Below, piece after piece: positions 1 to 9,515 of a DNA stretch of 64,000 nucleotides. The stretch is from contig OZ241917.1 of assembly GCA_965203805.1 (NCBI GenBank), positions 1,312,001 through 1,376,000 on the forward strand, given 5' to 3'. Every line of letters starts with the position of its first letter. Position 1 is the stretch's first letter. Source of the stretch: Candidatus Latescibacterota bacterium. GTDB taxonomy: Bacteria > Latescibacterota > UBA2968 > GCA-2709665. Below the pieces are notes generated by a model. It was not told the DNA's origin. It did not search any database and worked only from the letters and a program-made list of their open reading frames with translations. The position numbers and the translations under genes were made by a program.

Positions 1-1538
1 TTTGGGTCAATCCCTTCGATTCGAAGCGTGCGTTCGACGGCCACCTTCCAGTAGCCGAAGGCGGCGTTGTCGAAGATCTTGCTCTGCTCGCTCTCCTCGA
101 AGGCCAGGAACGCGTCGCAGATCCGCCGGATGTCCTCTTCGCCAAGTTCGCAGTTTTTCTTGCCCAGGTTCTTGCGCAACGGCTTGTACCACTCGGTGGC
201 ATCGATCAACTGCACCTTGCCCCGACGATGCTCCGGTTTTCGGTTGGTGATCACCCACACGTAGGTGGCGATGCCGGTATTGTAGAACATGTTGAGCGGC
301 AGCGCGACGATCGCCTCCAGCCAGTCGTTTTCGATGATCCAGCGGCGGATGTTGCTCTCGCCCTGGCCGGCGTCGCCGGTGAACAGGGAACTGCCGTTGT
401 GTACCTCGGCGATGTGACTGCCGCCCTCCTTCATCTTGGATAGTTTATTGGCGAGGAAGAGCATCTGCCCGTCGCTGGACCGGGTAACGAGTGAATATTC
501 GGGATCGTCGGCGTGCTCAATCACGAAGCGCGGGTCCCGCATTTCCTTTTTGCCACCCATGCGCTCCAGATCGGTCTTCCAGCTCTTCCCATAGGGCGGA
601 TTGGAGAGCATGAAGTCGAACTCGCGGGACGGGAAGGCGTCGTTTGCCAGGGTGGAATGCTCCGGGCCACCTACGATGTTATCGGCCGCGTCTCCTTCAC
701 CCTTCAGCAGCAGGTCGGCCTTGCAGATGGCATAGGTCTCAGCATTGATCTCCTGGCCATACAGATGAGTGGAGACGTCTTTGTCGCGCTCGGCGGCGAG
801 TTGCTGGAGCACGTCTTCTGCCACGGTCAACATCCCACCCGTGCCGCATGCGCCGTCGTAGATCAGGTACGTGCTGGATGTAATCTCGTCAGCGACGGGC
901 AGAAAGACCAGCTTCGCCATCAACGTGACCGCGTCGCGCGGGGTCCAGTGCTCGCCCGCTTCTTCGTTGTTCTCCTCGTTGAAGCGCCGGATCAATTCCT
1001 CGAAGATCGTGCCCATGCCATGGTTGTCCAGGCCGGCGTGCCTGACCGTTCCGTCGGCGTTGTGCACCGGGTCCGGGCTCAGGTTGATGTCCGGCGACGT
1101 CAGCTTTTCGATCAGCGTGCCGAGGGCATCGGCCCTGGAAAGCCGCTGGATCTGGTTACGAAACTCGAAGTTTTCAAGGATGTCCTGGACGCTGGGCGAG
1201 AACCCGTCGAGCCAGGCCCTGAAATCGGCCTCGAGCTGCTGGCGATTGGCGCGGGCGCGCAGGTCGCGAAGGGTGAATTTCGACGTATTGTAGAAGGCCT
1301 GTCCTGCGACTTGCCGCAGGGTCGCCTCCTGCTCGACAACGCCGGCCTTGTCAAGGTTGGCCTTCATGTCCAAAACCGCCTGCTTGCTGTCTTCCAGCAC
1401 CGCGTCCAGCCGGCGCAGTACGGTCATCGGCAGAATCACGTCACGATACTTTCCGCGCACGTACAGATCGCGCAGAACGTCGTCGGCAATTACCCAGATG
1501 TAGTTGGCAATCCAGTTCAGGTCTGCGTTGGTTGTCAT
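1..1538 (-). CDS. hsdM: Type I restriction-modification methyltransferase subunit M (partial; 3' end runs off window)
   Basis: Not in the ORF track. Manual translation from ATG at 1538 gives MTTNADLNWIANYIWVIADDVLRDLYVRGKYRDVILPMTVLRRLD, with YDGACGTGGML (SAM-binding) and in-frame FDFMLSNPPYGKSWK (catalytic motif IV). Confidence 0.93.
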   Translation of the reverse strand, partial: MTTNADLNWIANYIWVIADDVLRDLYVRGKYRDVILPMTVLRRLDAVLEDSKQAVLDMKANLDKAGVVEQEATLRQVAGQAFYNTSKFTLRDLRARANRQQLEADFRAWLDGFSPSVQDILENFEFRNQIQRLSRADALGTLIEKLTSPDINLSPDPVHNADGTVRHAGLDNHGMGTIFEELIRRFNEENNEEAGEHWTPRDAVTLMAKLVFLPVADEITSSTYLIYDGACGTGGMLTVAEDVLQQLAAERDKDVSTHLYGQEINAETYAICKADLLLKGEGDAADNIVGGPEHSTLANDAFPSREFDFMLSNPPYGKSWKTDLERMGGKKEMRDPRFVIEHADDPEYSLVTRSSDGQMLFLANKLSKMKEGGSHIAEVHNGSSLFTGDAGQGESNIRRWIIENDWLEAIVALPLNMFYNTGIATYVWVITNRKPEHRRGKVQLIDATEWYKPLRKNLGKKNCELGEEDIRRICDAFLAFEESEQSKIFDNAAFGYWKVAVERTLRIEGIDP

Positions 1539-1671
1539 CGGAATTCCTTGCAGGTGCGCCCGGCCGGTCGCCCCTGCGGGTGATCAAGGCACCCGCTTCG
1601 CCTTTGCTCTAAAGAGATAAAGGCGAATCACCCGTGGCGAGTCGCCTTCCTCGAAGATGGCTTCCTCTACC

Positions 1672-1753
1672 CTCACCCCCGGTTCCCTACTCCCCCTGCG
1701 GACGAGAACTGTTCCCCCTCGATGAATCTGGAGGGGCGGAACGGGTGCAGATC
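1672..1753. repeat. 82-bp direct repeat copy 1 (duplicate of the 3' end of the FAD oxidoreductase gene)
   Basis: Matches 3328-3409 with 3 mismatches. Confidence 0.93.
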
Positions 1754-1777
1754 AGGCTTCCCGGCCGTGGACCGGCT

Positions 1778-2575
1778 TCATCGCAAACTCTGAGTCTCTC
1801 CGCTGATAAAAGCGATAAACTCGTCCGGCCTCGACCAGCGAGACACCATAGACAGCGGCTCAACCAACCGAAAATCCTCATCTGCCCAGACGTCGGCAGT
1901 ATCATCGAACAAGGAAACGAAGGTCAGTGCCTCGGGCCCTGATGCAAGGTGATTCAGATCGTGCCAGGCGGCCAACACGTGCTCGGAAACTCTATGTGCT
2001 GCAGCACGATTCCCGGTGCTCAACACCTGTACAAGCGAACTCCTGAACTCCGCCCGGACGTGGAAATCGACCGTCCAGCCGCGCCCGGATCGGCCGGCAA
2101 GCCTTTCGGAACGCTCGTAACCCAGCTCCCGCTCTGAGAGGATATCCGCAACTTCGTCCGTAACGGATTGCACGGACTGTGTTCGAAACGTGAACCACAA
2201 ATCGGATACCCGAAGCGCCGCCTGAGCTACACGCGTTACAACATTCGCCAACTGATCACCAGGTCGACACCGGGCTTGAAGCATGCCGCGATAGAACTCT
2301 ATCCCATGGGTCAAACACGCATCTTCTATGAGCCGTCTCTGCTTCGGGGAACGACGAAGAGTCGACGACTGCATTCGGAGCCAACCGGTGGTCTCCGCAA
2401 GGTCGGTTATCGTCAACGAATTGTTGGAGACCTTACAGAAGAGGTCGATATTGTCGCCATCCGGATAGAGATATGGCGTACGAATTCGGTGAAATTCACC
2501 TTGTTCCGAGCACGTGAACAAGACGCCGATCTCCCGTTCCAATTTCTGACACAGATCCTTGCTGTCCATTACCAC
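1778..2575 (-). CDS. DUF1828/DUF1829-like protein (possible C-terminal restriction-endonuclease-like fold)
   Basis: N-terminal IRTPYLYPDGDNIDLF...ITDLAET pattern; C-terminal GRSGRGWTVDF. Confidence 0.7.
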   Translation of the reverse strand: MVMDSKDLCQKLEREIGVLFTCSEQGEFHRIRTPYLYPDGDNIDLFCKVSNNSLTITDLAETTGWLRMQSSTLRRSPKQRRLIEDACLTHGIEFYRGMLQARCRPGDQLANVVTRVAQAALRVSDLWFTFRTQSVQSVTDEVADILSERELGYERSERLAGRSGRGWTVDFHVRAEFRSSLVQVLSTGNRAAAHRVSEHVLAAWHDLNHLASGPEALTFVSLFDDTADVWADEDFRLVEPLSMVSRWSRPDEFIAFISGETQSLR

Positions 2576-3024
2576 AGTTTTCCTTGAATAGCAGGCGGTC
2601 TACTCATCACGCCATCGTGTCGAATGCCTGCTTCAATGCAGAACTCCTGCCAAACCGACGCGGGATCCGAAACAAGCGCTTTAACGTCGTGCGGTACATA
2701 TGCTTCTTTATCACTGTAACGTTCTGACCACCTATGCTTGTGCTTTTCCCCAACCTGTTCACATTGCGGATTGTGATGATCCTTTCCGAGGTCAAGACCA
2801 TAGATGCGGCCCACGGTCGTCAGAATTAGCGCGTAGGTCAGCGTACCTGCGAGCGAATTGAAACGTCCCTTGACGAACAGCGGCCAACCACTCTCCGACG
2901 TGACGTTGACGTGGAATTCAAATGCAGGGGAGTGATCCTCGTCCTCAATCCAGTTAACGTCACCATCAATCCGCTTCGTGTCGTCATTCAGGATTGAGGT
3001 AAATTCGCCATCGGACAAGGGCAT
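2569..3024 (-). CDS. DUF6978-like hypothetical protein
   Basis: HHNP..E.VG..HKH.W motif; overlaps the downstream DUF1828-like gene by 7 nt. Confidence 0.6.
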   Translation of the reverse strand: MPLSDGEFTSILNDDTKRIDGDVNWIEDEDHSPAFEFHVNVTSESGWPLFVKGRFNSLAGTLTYALILTTVGRIYGLDLGKDHHNPQCEQVGEKHKHRWSERYSDKEAYVPHDVKALVSDPASVWQEFCIEAGIRHDGVMSRPPAIQGKLW

Positions 3025-3327
3025 TTCGGTACTCCGGATGTTCAGCTCATGGTTTTACCGGAGCAGCACAGTTGCACAACTGCTCCATTATCCAGTACGA
3101 GCATTTCGGAACACCTGCGGCAGTTTTCTCAATATACGAAATTTGGTGTCTAATGGAGTAGCGATTTCGGAATTTGACGCGACGGTCGGGCACAAATGGG
3201 GCTCGCACCTATGGTTCCCAGGAACACTCCAACCGCGTTTACCCTTCCTCTAACGAAACAAAGGCGAATCGCCCGTTGGGCGCCGCCATTGATCGCCTCG
3301 CCTACTCCAGAGTCAAGTCCCTCTTCT

Positions 3328-3409
3328 CTCACCCCCGGTTCCCCCCTCCCCATGCGGACGAGAACTGTTCCCCCTCGATGAATCTGGAGGGGCGGAACGG
3401 GTGCAGATC
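3328..3409. repeat. 82-bp direct repeat copy 2 (actual 3' end of the FAD oxidoreductase gene)
   Basis: Matches 1672-1753. Confidence 0.93.
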
Positions 3410-4504
3410 GAACGCCGGCGTCCGGCCGAGAATCACATCGCTCAGCGAGTCGGCGATGGGCGGCCCCAGCTTGAACCCATGCCCGCTCCCGCCGAAAAAG
3501 GCATAGTATCCCTCCAGCCCCGGTTCGGGGCCCACCAGCGGATGCCAGTCGTCGGTAATCGTATAGACCGACGCCCACCCCTTCAGGTATTCGCACTGAC
3601 GGAATGCCGGCACCCGTTCGAAGGTCCCGTTCTCAATGCGGCGGCGCGTGGGCTCATCCAGGTCCGGATCGTACGCGTCGACGTCCATCGGCTCCACCTC
3701 TTTGGGAAAACTCAGGCCGGCCAGCAGGCCGTTGTCGCCGTCGGGACGGAAGTAGACCCTCAGGTTGGGATCGGAAACGACCGGAAGCGGCCCGTATCCC
3801 TCCGGCAGGCGCAAGACCAGATCGCTCTCCCGGCTCCATCGCAGCGAATAATTCAGCCCCGCGGACAGCCCAATCCTGCGCCCCCAGGGACCCGCGGCGT
3901 TGATCACCAGACCGGTCCGGATTTCTCCGGCCTCGGTTTCAACGCCGGTCACCCGGTTGCCGGACAGGCGGATCCGCGTTGCCCCCACCCCCTCGTAACA
4001 CACCAGACCCCATTCCTTCGCCCGCGTCACCAGGTTCCGGACCGTCTTGACCGGGTCCGCGTACCCGGAAGCAGGTTCGTAGATGCCCGCGACGATCCCG
4101 TCCGTGTTCACACAGGGAATCAGCTCCCCGATCTCGTCCCTATCCACCTCCACGGCGCCGGTGCCGTTCCGCTGCTCCGCCTCGAGGACCGCCCGTCCCG
4201 CCGCGGCGGTATGCTCTCCCAGAAGACAGGTATATCCCGTATTGCGAAAGTCGCAGTCACCTCCCAGCGCCTCCTCCGCGTTCGCAAACATCTCCAGCGC
4301 CGCCGCGGACATCCGAATGGTCAGGTCATTCGAGTAGAACGTACGGATCACAGCGGCCGAATGCCCCGTACTCACGGCGGCCAGCGACCGTTTTTCCAGG
4401 AGCACGACGTCGCCGAGGCCCTTCTTCGCCAGAAAATGGGCCACGCTGGCCCCCATGATGCCTCCGCCGATCACCACGGCGTCTGCTGTCTTTACCATTC
4501 GCAT
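3329..4504 (-). CDS. FAD-dependent oxidoreductase (DAO / sarcosine oxidase beta-like)
   Basis: VIGGGIMG dinucleotide-binding motif, INAAGPW, GSGHGFKLGP. Confidence 0.9.
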   Translation of the reverse strand: MRMVKTADAVVIGGGIMGASVAHFLAKKGLGDVVLLEKRSLAAVSTGHSAAVIRTFYSNDLTIRMSAAALEMFANAEEALGGDCDFRNTGYTCLLGEHTAAAGRAVLEAEQRNGTGAVEVDRDEIGELIPCVNTDGIVAGIYEPASGYADPVKTVRNLVTRAKEWGLVCYEGVGATRIRLSGNRVTGVETEAGEIRTGLVINAAGPWGRRIGLSAGLNYSLRWSRESDLVLRLPEGYGPLPVVSDPNLRVYFRPDGDNGLLAGLSFPKEVEPMDVDAYDPDLDEPTRRRIENGTFERVPAFRQCEYLKGWASVYTITDDWHPLVGPEPGLEGYYAFFGGSGHGFKLGPPIADSLSDVILGRTPAFDLHPFRPSRFIEGEQFSSAWGGGNRG

Positions 4505-4564
4505 TGCTCCCGCGCGACGCTTTCAAGACCGGCCCAAAATGCCAGCCAAACCCGGCGACACCGG

Positions 4565-4966
4565 TCAGACCTTGACGAAGACCATCGTCACCTGCGACCC
4601 GCCAAGGCTCGAACCCAATGTCAGTTCATTCCCGTCGACGGTGGCATTGGTACCGATCAGGCCCAGCGTCGCCGACTCCTGGAACAGAATACTTGAATCC
4701 TGTATGGTGTAGGTTCCTTCGGAGTACCGGTCTTCAAGCTGAAGCGACGGAATGCTCAGACTCATCGAAAAGTCGCCCGTTGTGGACAGAACAAGCGTGC
4801 CGGTTGCTTCCGGCGGACGGAGCGTCTGTGTTTGTGAACCGCCGGTCAGCTGTATTTCACGAAGCGTATACGTCCCTGCCAGCGTATCGTAATTCAGCGG
4901 ATTGTCTTCCCCGCAGGACATCAGAAACAGTGCCACGACAATTAAAAGCGGATGCAACCTCCTCAT
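4565..4966 (-). CDS. Lipoprotein, lipocalin-like domain
   Basis: Signal peptide with lipobox-like LMSC; LAGTY and GTY beta-strand motifs. Confidence 0.6.
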   Translation of the reverse strand: MRRLHPLLIVVALFLMSCGEDNPLNYDTLAGTYTLREIQLTGGSQTQTLRPPEATGTLVLSTTGDFSMSLSIPSLQLEDRYSEGTYTIQDSSILFQESATLGLIGTNATVDGNELTLGSSLGGSQVTMVFVKV

Positions 4967-5011
4967 CGTGCACCTCCGGACCCGTTGTCGTTTATGAAAT
5001 TCGAGACGTCG

Positions 5012-5875
5012 TTAACGAATGATCTCCTCCAGATACGCCTTGGCCGCAAGCAGCCCCTCCTGATTCAGAGCCGTACTGCCCATATACCGGTCGTCTTCCA
5101 GCTCAATTGCCAGCGGACCGTCGTAGCCGAATTCCTCGAGCCGCGCCACAATCCATATCCAGTCCGCTTCGCCCCAACCGGGAATGCAGTAGCGCCACCA
5201 GCCTTCCCCGTGTCCGTACCGCTTGCCGAAACTCTGGCCCAGGCTGCCGTACAGATACTGGCCGTCAGCCAGCAGTTCCGTATCCTTGGCGTGCACGTGC
5301 CGGACGCGATCTCCGAACTCCATCAACAGGCGCTGATAGTCCACGCCGATCCGGATGAAATGGGAGGGATCGTAGCAGATCCCCAGATGAGGCGAGGGTA
5401 CAACCTCGAATACCGCCCGGAGCGTCTCAGGGGTACATCCCAGATTGCCGTAACCCGGCGCACCGCCCGGATAGGGTTCGATGGCAAGGTGCACATCCAG
5501 CTGTTCCGCGAAATCGACCACGCCGGGATAGACCTCCTTGAACACCTCGAAACTCTCGGATCGGGCCTGCATTGGATCGTCCGGCGCCAGACAGAGGAAG
5601 ACCACGCCGGAACCGTGGGCGCCCGTGGCCCGGATGCGGTCCTTCATGGCCGAGACCGCTCCGCTTCGCGCATGGGCGTCCTTGCTCAACAGAGCCCCTC
5701 CCACGCCCCAGTCGACCGTTCCGATTGCCAGACCTGCATCGTCGAAGACCTTTCGTATTCCCCCATCGACTTCCGGGACGTCCACAGATCCGAATCCGCA
5801 CTCGCCCGCCCAGGCCGCCACACCCTCGAGGCCCAATTCCCTTCCCATGGGTGGAATCCTCATCCCAACGTGCAT
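5012..5875 (-). CDS. Sugar phosphate isomerase/epimerase (xylose isomerase-like TIM barrel)
   Basis: LAIEP, YDPSH, HVHAKD and IELED motifs; start taken at MHVGMRIP. Confidence 0.85.
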   Translation of the reverse strand: MHVGMRIPPMGRELGLEGVAAWAGECGFGSVDVPEVDGGIRKVFDDAGLAIGTVDWGVGGALLSKDAHARSGAVSAMKDRIRATGAHGSGVVFLCLAPDDPMQARSESFEVFKEVYPGVVDFAEQLDVHLAIEPYPGGAPGYGNLGCTPETLRAVFEVVPSPHLGICYDPSHFIRIGVDYQRLLMEFGDRVRHVHAKDTELLADGQYLYGSLGQSFGKRYGHGEGWWRYCIPGWGEADWIWIVARLEEFGYDGPLAIELEDDRYMGSTALNQEGLLAAKAYLEEIIR

Positions 5876-5945
5876 AATGCCCTCCCGTAACAACGTAAGA
5901 AGATCTCCAATGTACCCGGCCCGGACCCCGTCTGGCGAAACCCGC

Positions 5946-6851
5946 CTACACCGTCCAGAGTTCCGCGACGTCGGACAGGATGGCGTCCAGTTCGGCGTGA
6001 TCGTGCGCATCCAGCGGGCGGGTCGCCGCCGTCCTTACGTAAGCCGAGCGAATCACCCCGCGCCGGCGCAGCACTTCCTTGTATGCGTGCACGCTGTGAA
6101 GCATTTCGAAATTCAACAGCGGCAACAGGCGGTTGAAGACGCCCCTGGCGCCGGACACGTCGCCCGCCTGCCAGGCATTCCAGACCGCGGCGTGCACGTC
6201 GGGAACGTCGCAGCCGGGCATCGTCCCGGCGGCGCCCCGCCTCATCTCGTCCAGCATGAACCGGCCCGCCGCGCCTCCGAAAACGCCCTCCACCGACGCT
6301 CCGCAGGCCGCGATATCGGCCGAAACCGAATGTGTGACCGGAGGGACTTCCTCCTTGACGTAGCGAACGCGTTCGATCTCGCGGGCAAGTTGGCCCAACA
6401 GCGCGGCCGACATTGGAACTCCGATCGGCAACGGATAGTTCTGTATGAAGACCGGCAGACCCGTCGCCTCCGCGATCGCCTCGTAATACGCCCTCACGCC
6501 ATCGGCAGGGGGCTTGGAAATATACGGCGGCAACGCGATCACGGCGTCCGCCCCCTCGGCCTCGGCGTGTTTCGCGAACCACACGGCCACCGGGGCGCTC
6601 ACCCCGGACACGCCGGCGACGAAGGGCAGCCGCCCCCCTACCGTCCGGCCTATCACCTCGATCACCCGCAATCGTTCGGGATCGGACAGCGCGCTGAATT
6701 CGCTCGCGTTCGCGGGCGAGACCAATCCGTGCGCCCCCGCCGCGATCGAAAACTCCACGACGTTGTTCAGCCCGTCTACGTCGAGCGAACCATCGTCCGA
6801 AAACGGCGTTGCCAGGATGACAAACACCCCACGAAACGGCCGCCCCGCCAT
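5946..6851 (-). CDS. Dihydrodipicolinate synthase family protein
   Basis: GVFVILATPF, ANASEF, PPY and YVKEE (Schiff-base Lys). Confidence 0.88.
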   Translation of the reverse strand: MAGRPFRGVFVILATPFSDDGSLDVDGLNNVVEFSIAAGAHGLVSPANASEFSALSDPERLRVIEVIGRTVGGRLPFVAGVSGVSAPVAVWFAKHAEAEGADAVIALPPYISKPPADGVRAYYEAIAEATGLPVFIQNYPLPIGVPMSAALLGQLAREIERVRYVKEEVPPVTHSVSADIAACGASVEGVFGGAAGRFMLDEMRRGAAGTMPGCDVPDVHAAVWNAWQAGDVSGARGVFNRLLPLLNFEMLHSVHAYKEVLRRRGVIRSAYVRTAATRPLDAHDHAELDAILSDVAELWTV

Positions 6852-7021
6852 TCATCGCCCTTTCAATCAGTATTATGCGACTGACCCGACACCCCATTCA
6901 ATGGTAAGGCGGGGAGGCCAGATGTCAAGCGGAAAATCCCCGTGATATTTCCATTGACTTGCCCCGGACCCCAACCTACAATACCCATTCCACGGGCCCG
7001 AACACCACTTGCCGCGAACCG

Positions 7022-7759
7022 ATGCAGATCGATCCGAAAAGACTTTGTGAACTCCACGCCTTCATGGACGCGCTCGAACCCGACGGTCCACCGCGGGCGG
7101 CGTTTCTCCGCAGGGCGGCGAGCCGTCTCACCCGTCCCGGCGGCAACCTGGTTGTGATGGATGCCTCGTTCAATCCCATGACCGTTGCCCACGAAGCCAT
7201 GCTGCATCGCGCTTCCGACGCCTTCAGGGTCGGCGAAGCCCTCCTGCTGCTGTCTCACGCAAACGTGGACAAGGGCGTCTACGGGGCGACGCTGGCGCAA
7301 CGCCTGGCCATGCTCGACCATTACGCGGAATCATCTCGAAACCTCTCCGTTGCCGGTTGCAGCCATGCCAGATTCGTCGATAAGGCGCGCGCCCTTGGCC
7401 CCCTCTACCCGAAATCGACGGTTCTGTATTTCGTGGTCGGGTACGACACCCTGCTGAGGCTGTTCGACCCCCGGTATTACAGCAACTTCAGGGACGAACT
7501 GTCCGAATTCTTCGCCGGCGCACGCGTCGTCGCGGCCAACCGAGCCAATACCGATCCGGACGCCATGCGGAGGCTGAAGATCAGTCCGGAATATGACGCA
7601 TTTTCCGACAGAATCCATTTCATCGGCCTGGACGGCGCTCATTCGCGCATGTCCTCCACGGAAGTCCGGACGCTCAAGAAAGCAGACGCCGGGATCGGTC
7701 ACCTTGTTCCGTCCCGCATCGCAAAAGCCATCGATGCGCTGCACCTGTATGGCGTCTGA
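7022..7759 (+). CDS. Nicotinate/nicotinamide-nucleotide adenylyltransferase-like protein (NadD-like)
   Basis: SFNPMTVAH (HIGH-like), GYDTLLR and MSSTEVR motifs. Confidence 0.8.
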   Translation: MQIDPKRLCELHAFMDALEPDGPPRAAFLRRAASRLTRPGGNLVVMDASFNPMTVAHEAMLHRASDAFRVGEALLLLSHANVDKGVYGATLAQRLAMLDHYAESSRNLSVAGCSHARFVDKARALGPLYPKSTVLYFVVGYDTLLRLFDPRYYSNFRDELSEFFAGARVVAANRANTDPDAMRRLKISPEYDAFSDRIHFIGLDGAHSRMSSTEVRTLKKADAGIGHLVPSRIAKAIDALHLYGV

Positions 7760-7858
7760 AGGATCGCCGCTCGCGACGACAAACGGCCACGGATCCTCTC
7801 CCTGCGCCGATCATCTCGAACCTGAAAATCCCTGCAAGGATGTATTGGAGGACCGCAA

Positions 7859-9490
7859 ATGAACGGCGCGGATCTGCTGGCGGCGGAACTGAAGAAGAAG
7901 GGCGTCGCCTTTGTCGCGACGCTGTGCGGGCATGGGCTGGACGACCTCGACGATGCCTGCGACCGGGCTGGAATGCGGCTTGTGGACGTGCGCAATGAAC
8001 AGGCCGCGGGATATATCGCCGAGGCCGTCGGACGCCTCAGCCGCAACGTGGGCGTCTGCGCCGTCAGCAGCGGCGTGGCGCACGTGAACGCGCTAACCGG
8101 CGTCTGCAACGCCCACTTCGACGGCGCGCCGATGCTGCTCATCACCGGAAGCGGACCCGCGGGCACCGCGGGCCTCGGACACTTTCAGGACCTCGACCAG
8201 GTGGCCATCGCAGCGCCCCTGTGCAAATACGCGGAGACCGTCCACCATCCGGAGCGGATCCCGCAGATGCTGCATGAGGCCTTCGTAGCCGCCATATCCG
8301 GGAGGCCCGGACCCGTGCATCTCACCGTTCCGCAGAACGTACTGGCCGCCGACGTTCGCGCAGACGCGGTCCATCGGGTTCACGACTCCCGTCATCCCGC
8401 ACCCACCCTTGCGCCTGCGCGCCCGCAGGATATCGACCGGATCGCGGACCTGCTTGCGCGGTCCGACCGCCCCCTTCTGATCGCCGGCGGTGGCGTACAC
8501 TATGCGGACGGCGGCGCGGCGCTGGCTGAGTTCACACGCACTCTGGCCGTTCCGGTGATGGTGCCTATCTGGGACCGCGGCGCGATACCGCGGCCCATCG
8601 ATCCGTATATGGGCGTCGTGGGCGCGGCGAGCGGCGGCCCCCGGCTTCTGCCCGATGCCGACCTGGTGCTGATGGCCGGGGCGACCTGCGATTACCGGGT
8701 GGGCTACCTTCAGCCGCCCGCCGTGCACCCCGAGGCAACCATTGTGCGCATCCACGCGGATGCCCTCTGCCTCAATCAGGGCGCTGGCGCCCACCTGAGC
8801 GTGGCGGCAGATCCGGGTTCCGCGCTCGAACAGTTGTCCGAAGCCGCACGAGCAAAAGAAATCGCGCCCAGGACCGCCTGGCTCGAGGAAGCCGCCGGAC
8901 GCCGGAACGCGTATCGCCGGCGGTGCCTGGACGCCCGTAAAGGAAACGGCCTGCACGCGCTCGACATTATCCAGGCGGTACAGGCCGTCCTGACTGACGA
9001 CACCGTCGTTATCATCGACGGCGGCAACATCGGACAGTGGGCGCACCAGATCCTCTGCGACCGATATCCCGGCCACTGGCTCACCTGCGGTGCCAGCGGC
9101 GTCGTGGGCTACGGGATTCCGGCAGCGATGGGCGCCCGCCTGCTCTACCCCGACCGGCCGGTCATTCTCATTTCAGGGGATGGCGCGCTCACGTTCACCG
9201 TTGCCGAACTCGAGGCCGCCGCCCGCCAGAATCTGCCCTTTGTGGTCCTGCTCGCCGACGATGAAGCCTGGGGCATCACCCTCACCGGGCACGAGGCGCG
9301 TTACGGCCGCGGGATTACCTCCGAACTGGGACCCATCCAATACGCGGGCATGGCGGAAGCTTTCGGCGCAAAAGGCGCTCGAATAGAACACGCCGATCAA
9401 ATCCTGCCCGCGCTTCGGGAAGGCCTTGAAGCGGAGGCGCCCACGCTCATCCATGTGCCGGTTGCCCGGAGCAGTCCCACCGATGAATAG
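7859..9490 (+). CDS. Thiamine pyrophosphate-binding enzyme (acetolactate synthase-like)
   Basis: VRNEQAAG, GRPGPVHL and the TPP motif GDGA. Confidence 0.9.
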   Translation: MNGADLLAAELKKKGVAFVATLCGHGLDDLDDACDRAGMRLVDVRNEQAAGYIAEAVGRLSRNVGVCAVSSGVAHVNALTGVCNAHFDGAPMLLITGSGPAGTAGLGHFQDLDQVAIAAPLCKYAETVHHPERIPQMLHEAFVAAISGRPGPVHLTVPQNVLAADVRADAVHRVHDSRHPAPTLAPARPQDIDRIADLLARSDRPLLIAGGGVHYADGGAALAEFTRTLAVPVMVPIWDRGAIPRPIDPYMGVVGAASGGPRLLPDADLVLMAGATCDYRVGYLQPPAVHPEATIVRIHADALCLNQGAGAHLSVAADPGSALEQLSEAARAKEIAPRTAWLEEAAGRRNAYRRRCLDARKGNGLHALDIIQAVQAVLTDDTVVIIDGGNIGQWAHQILCDRYPGHWLTCGASGVVGYGIPAAMGARLLYPDRPVILISGDGALTFTVAELEAAARQNLPFVVLLADDEAWGITLTGHEARYGRGITSELGPIQYAGMAEAFGAKGARIEHADQILPALREGLEAEAPTLIHVPVARSSPTDE

Positions 9491-9515
9491 GCGTGGCAGT
9501 AAAGATCGCCGGTTC

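Noticed and set aside
513-1583. 356-aa plus-strand ORF
   Set aside because: Antisense shadow of hsdM; the minus frame carries the real motifs.
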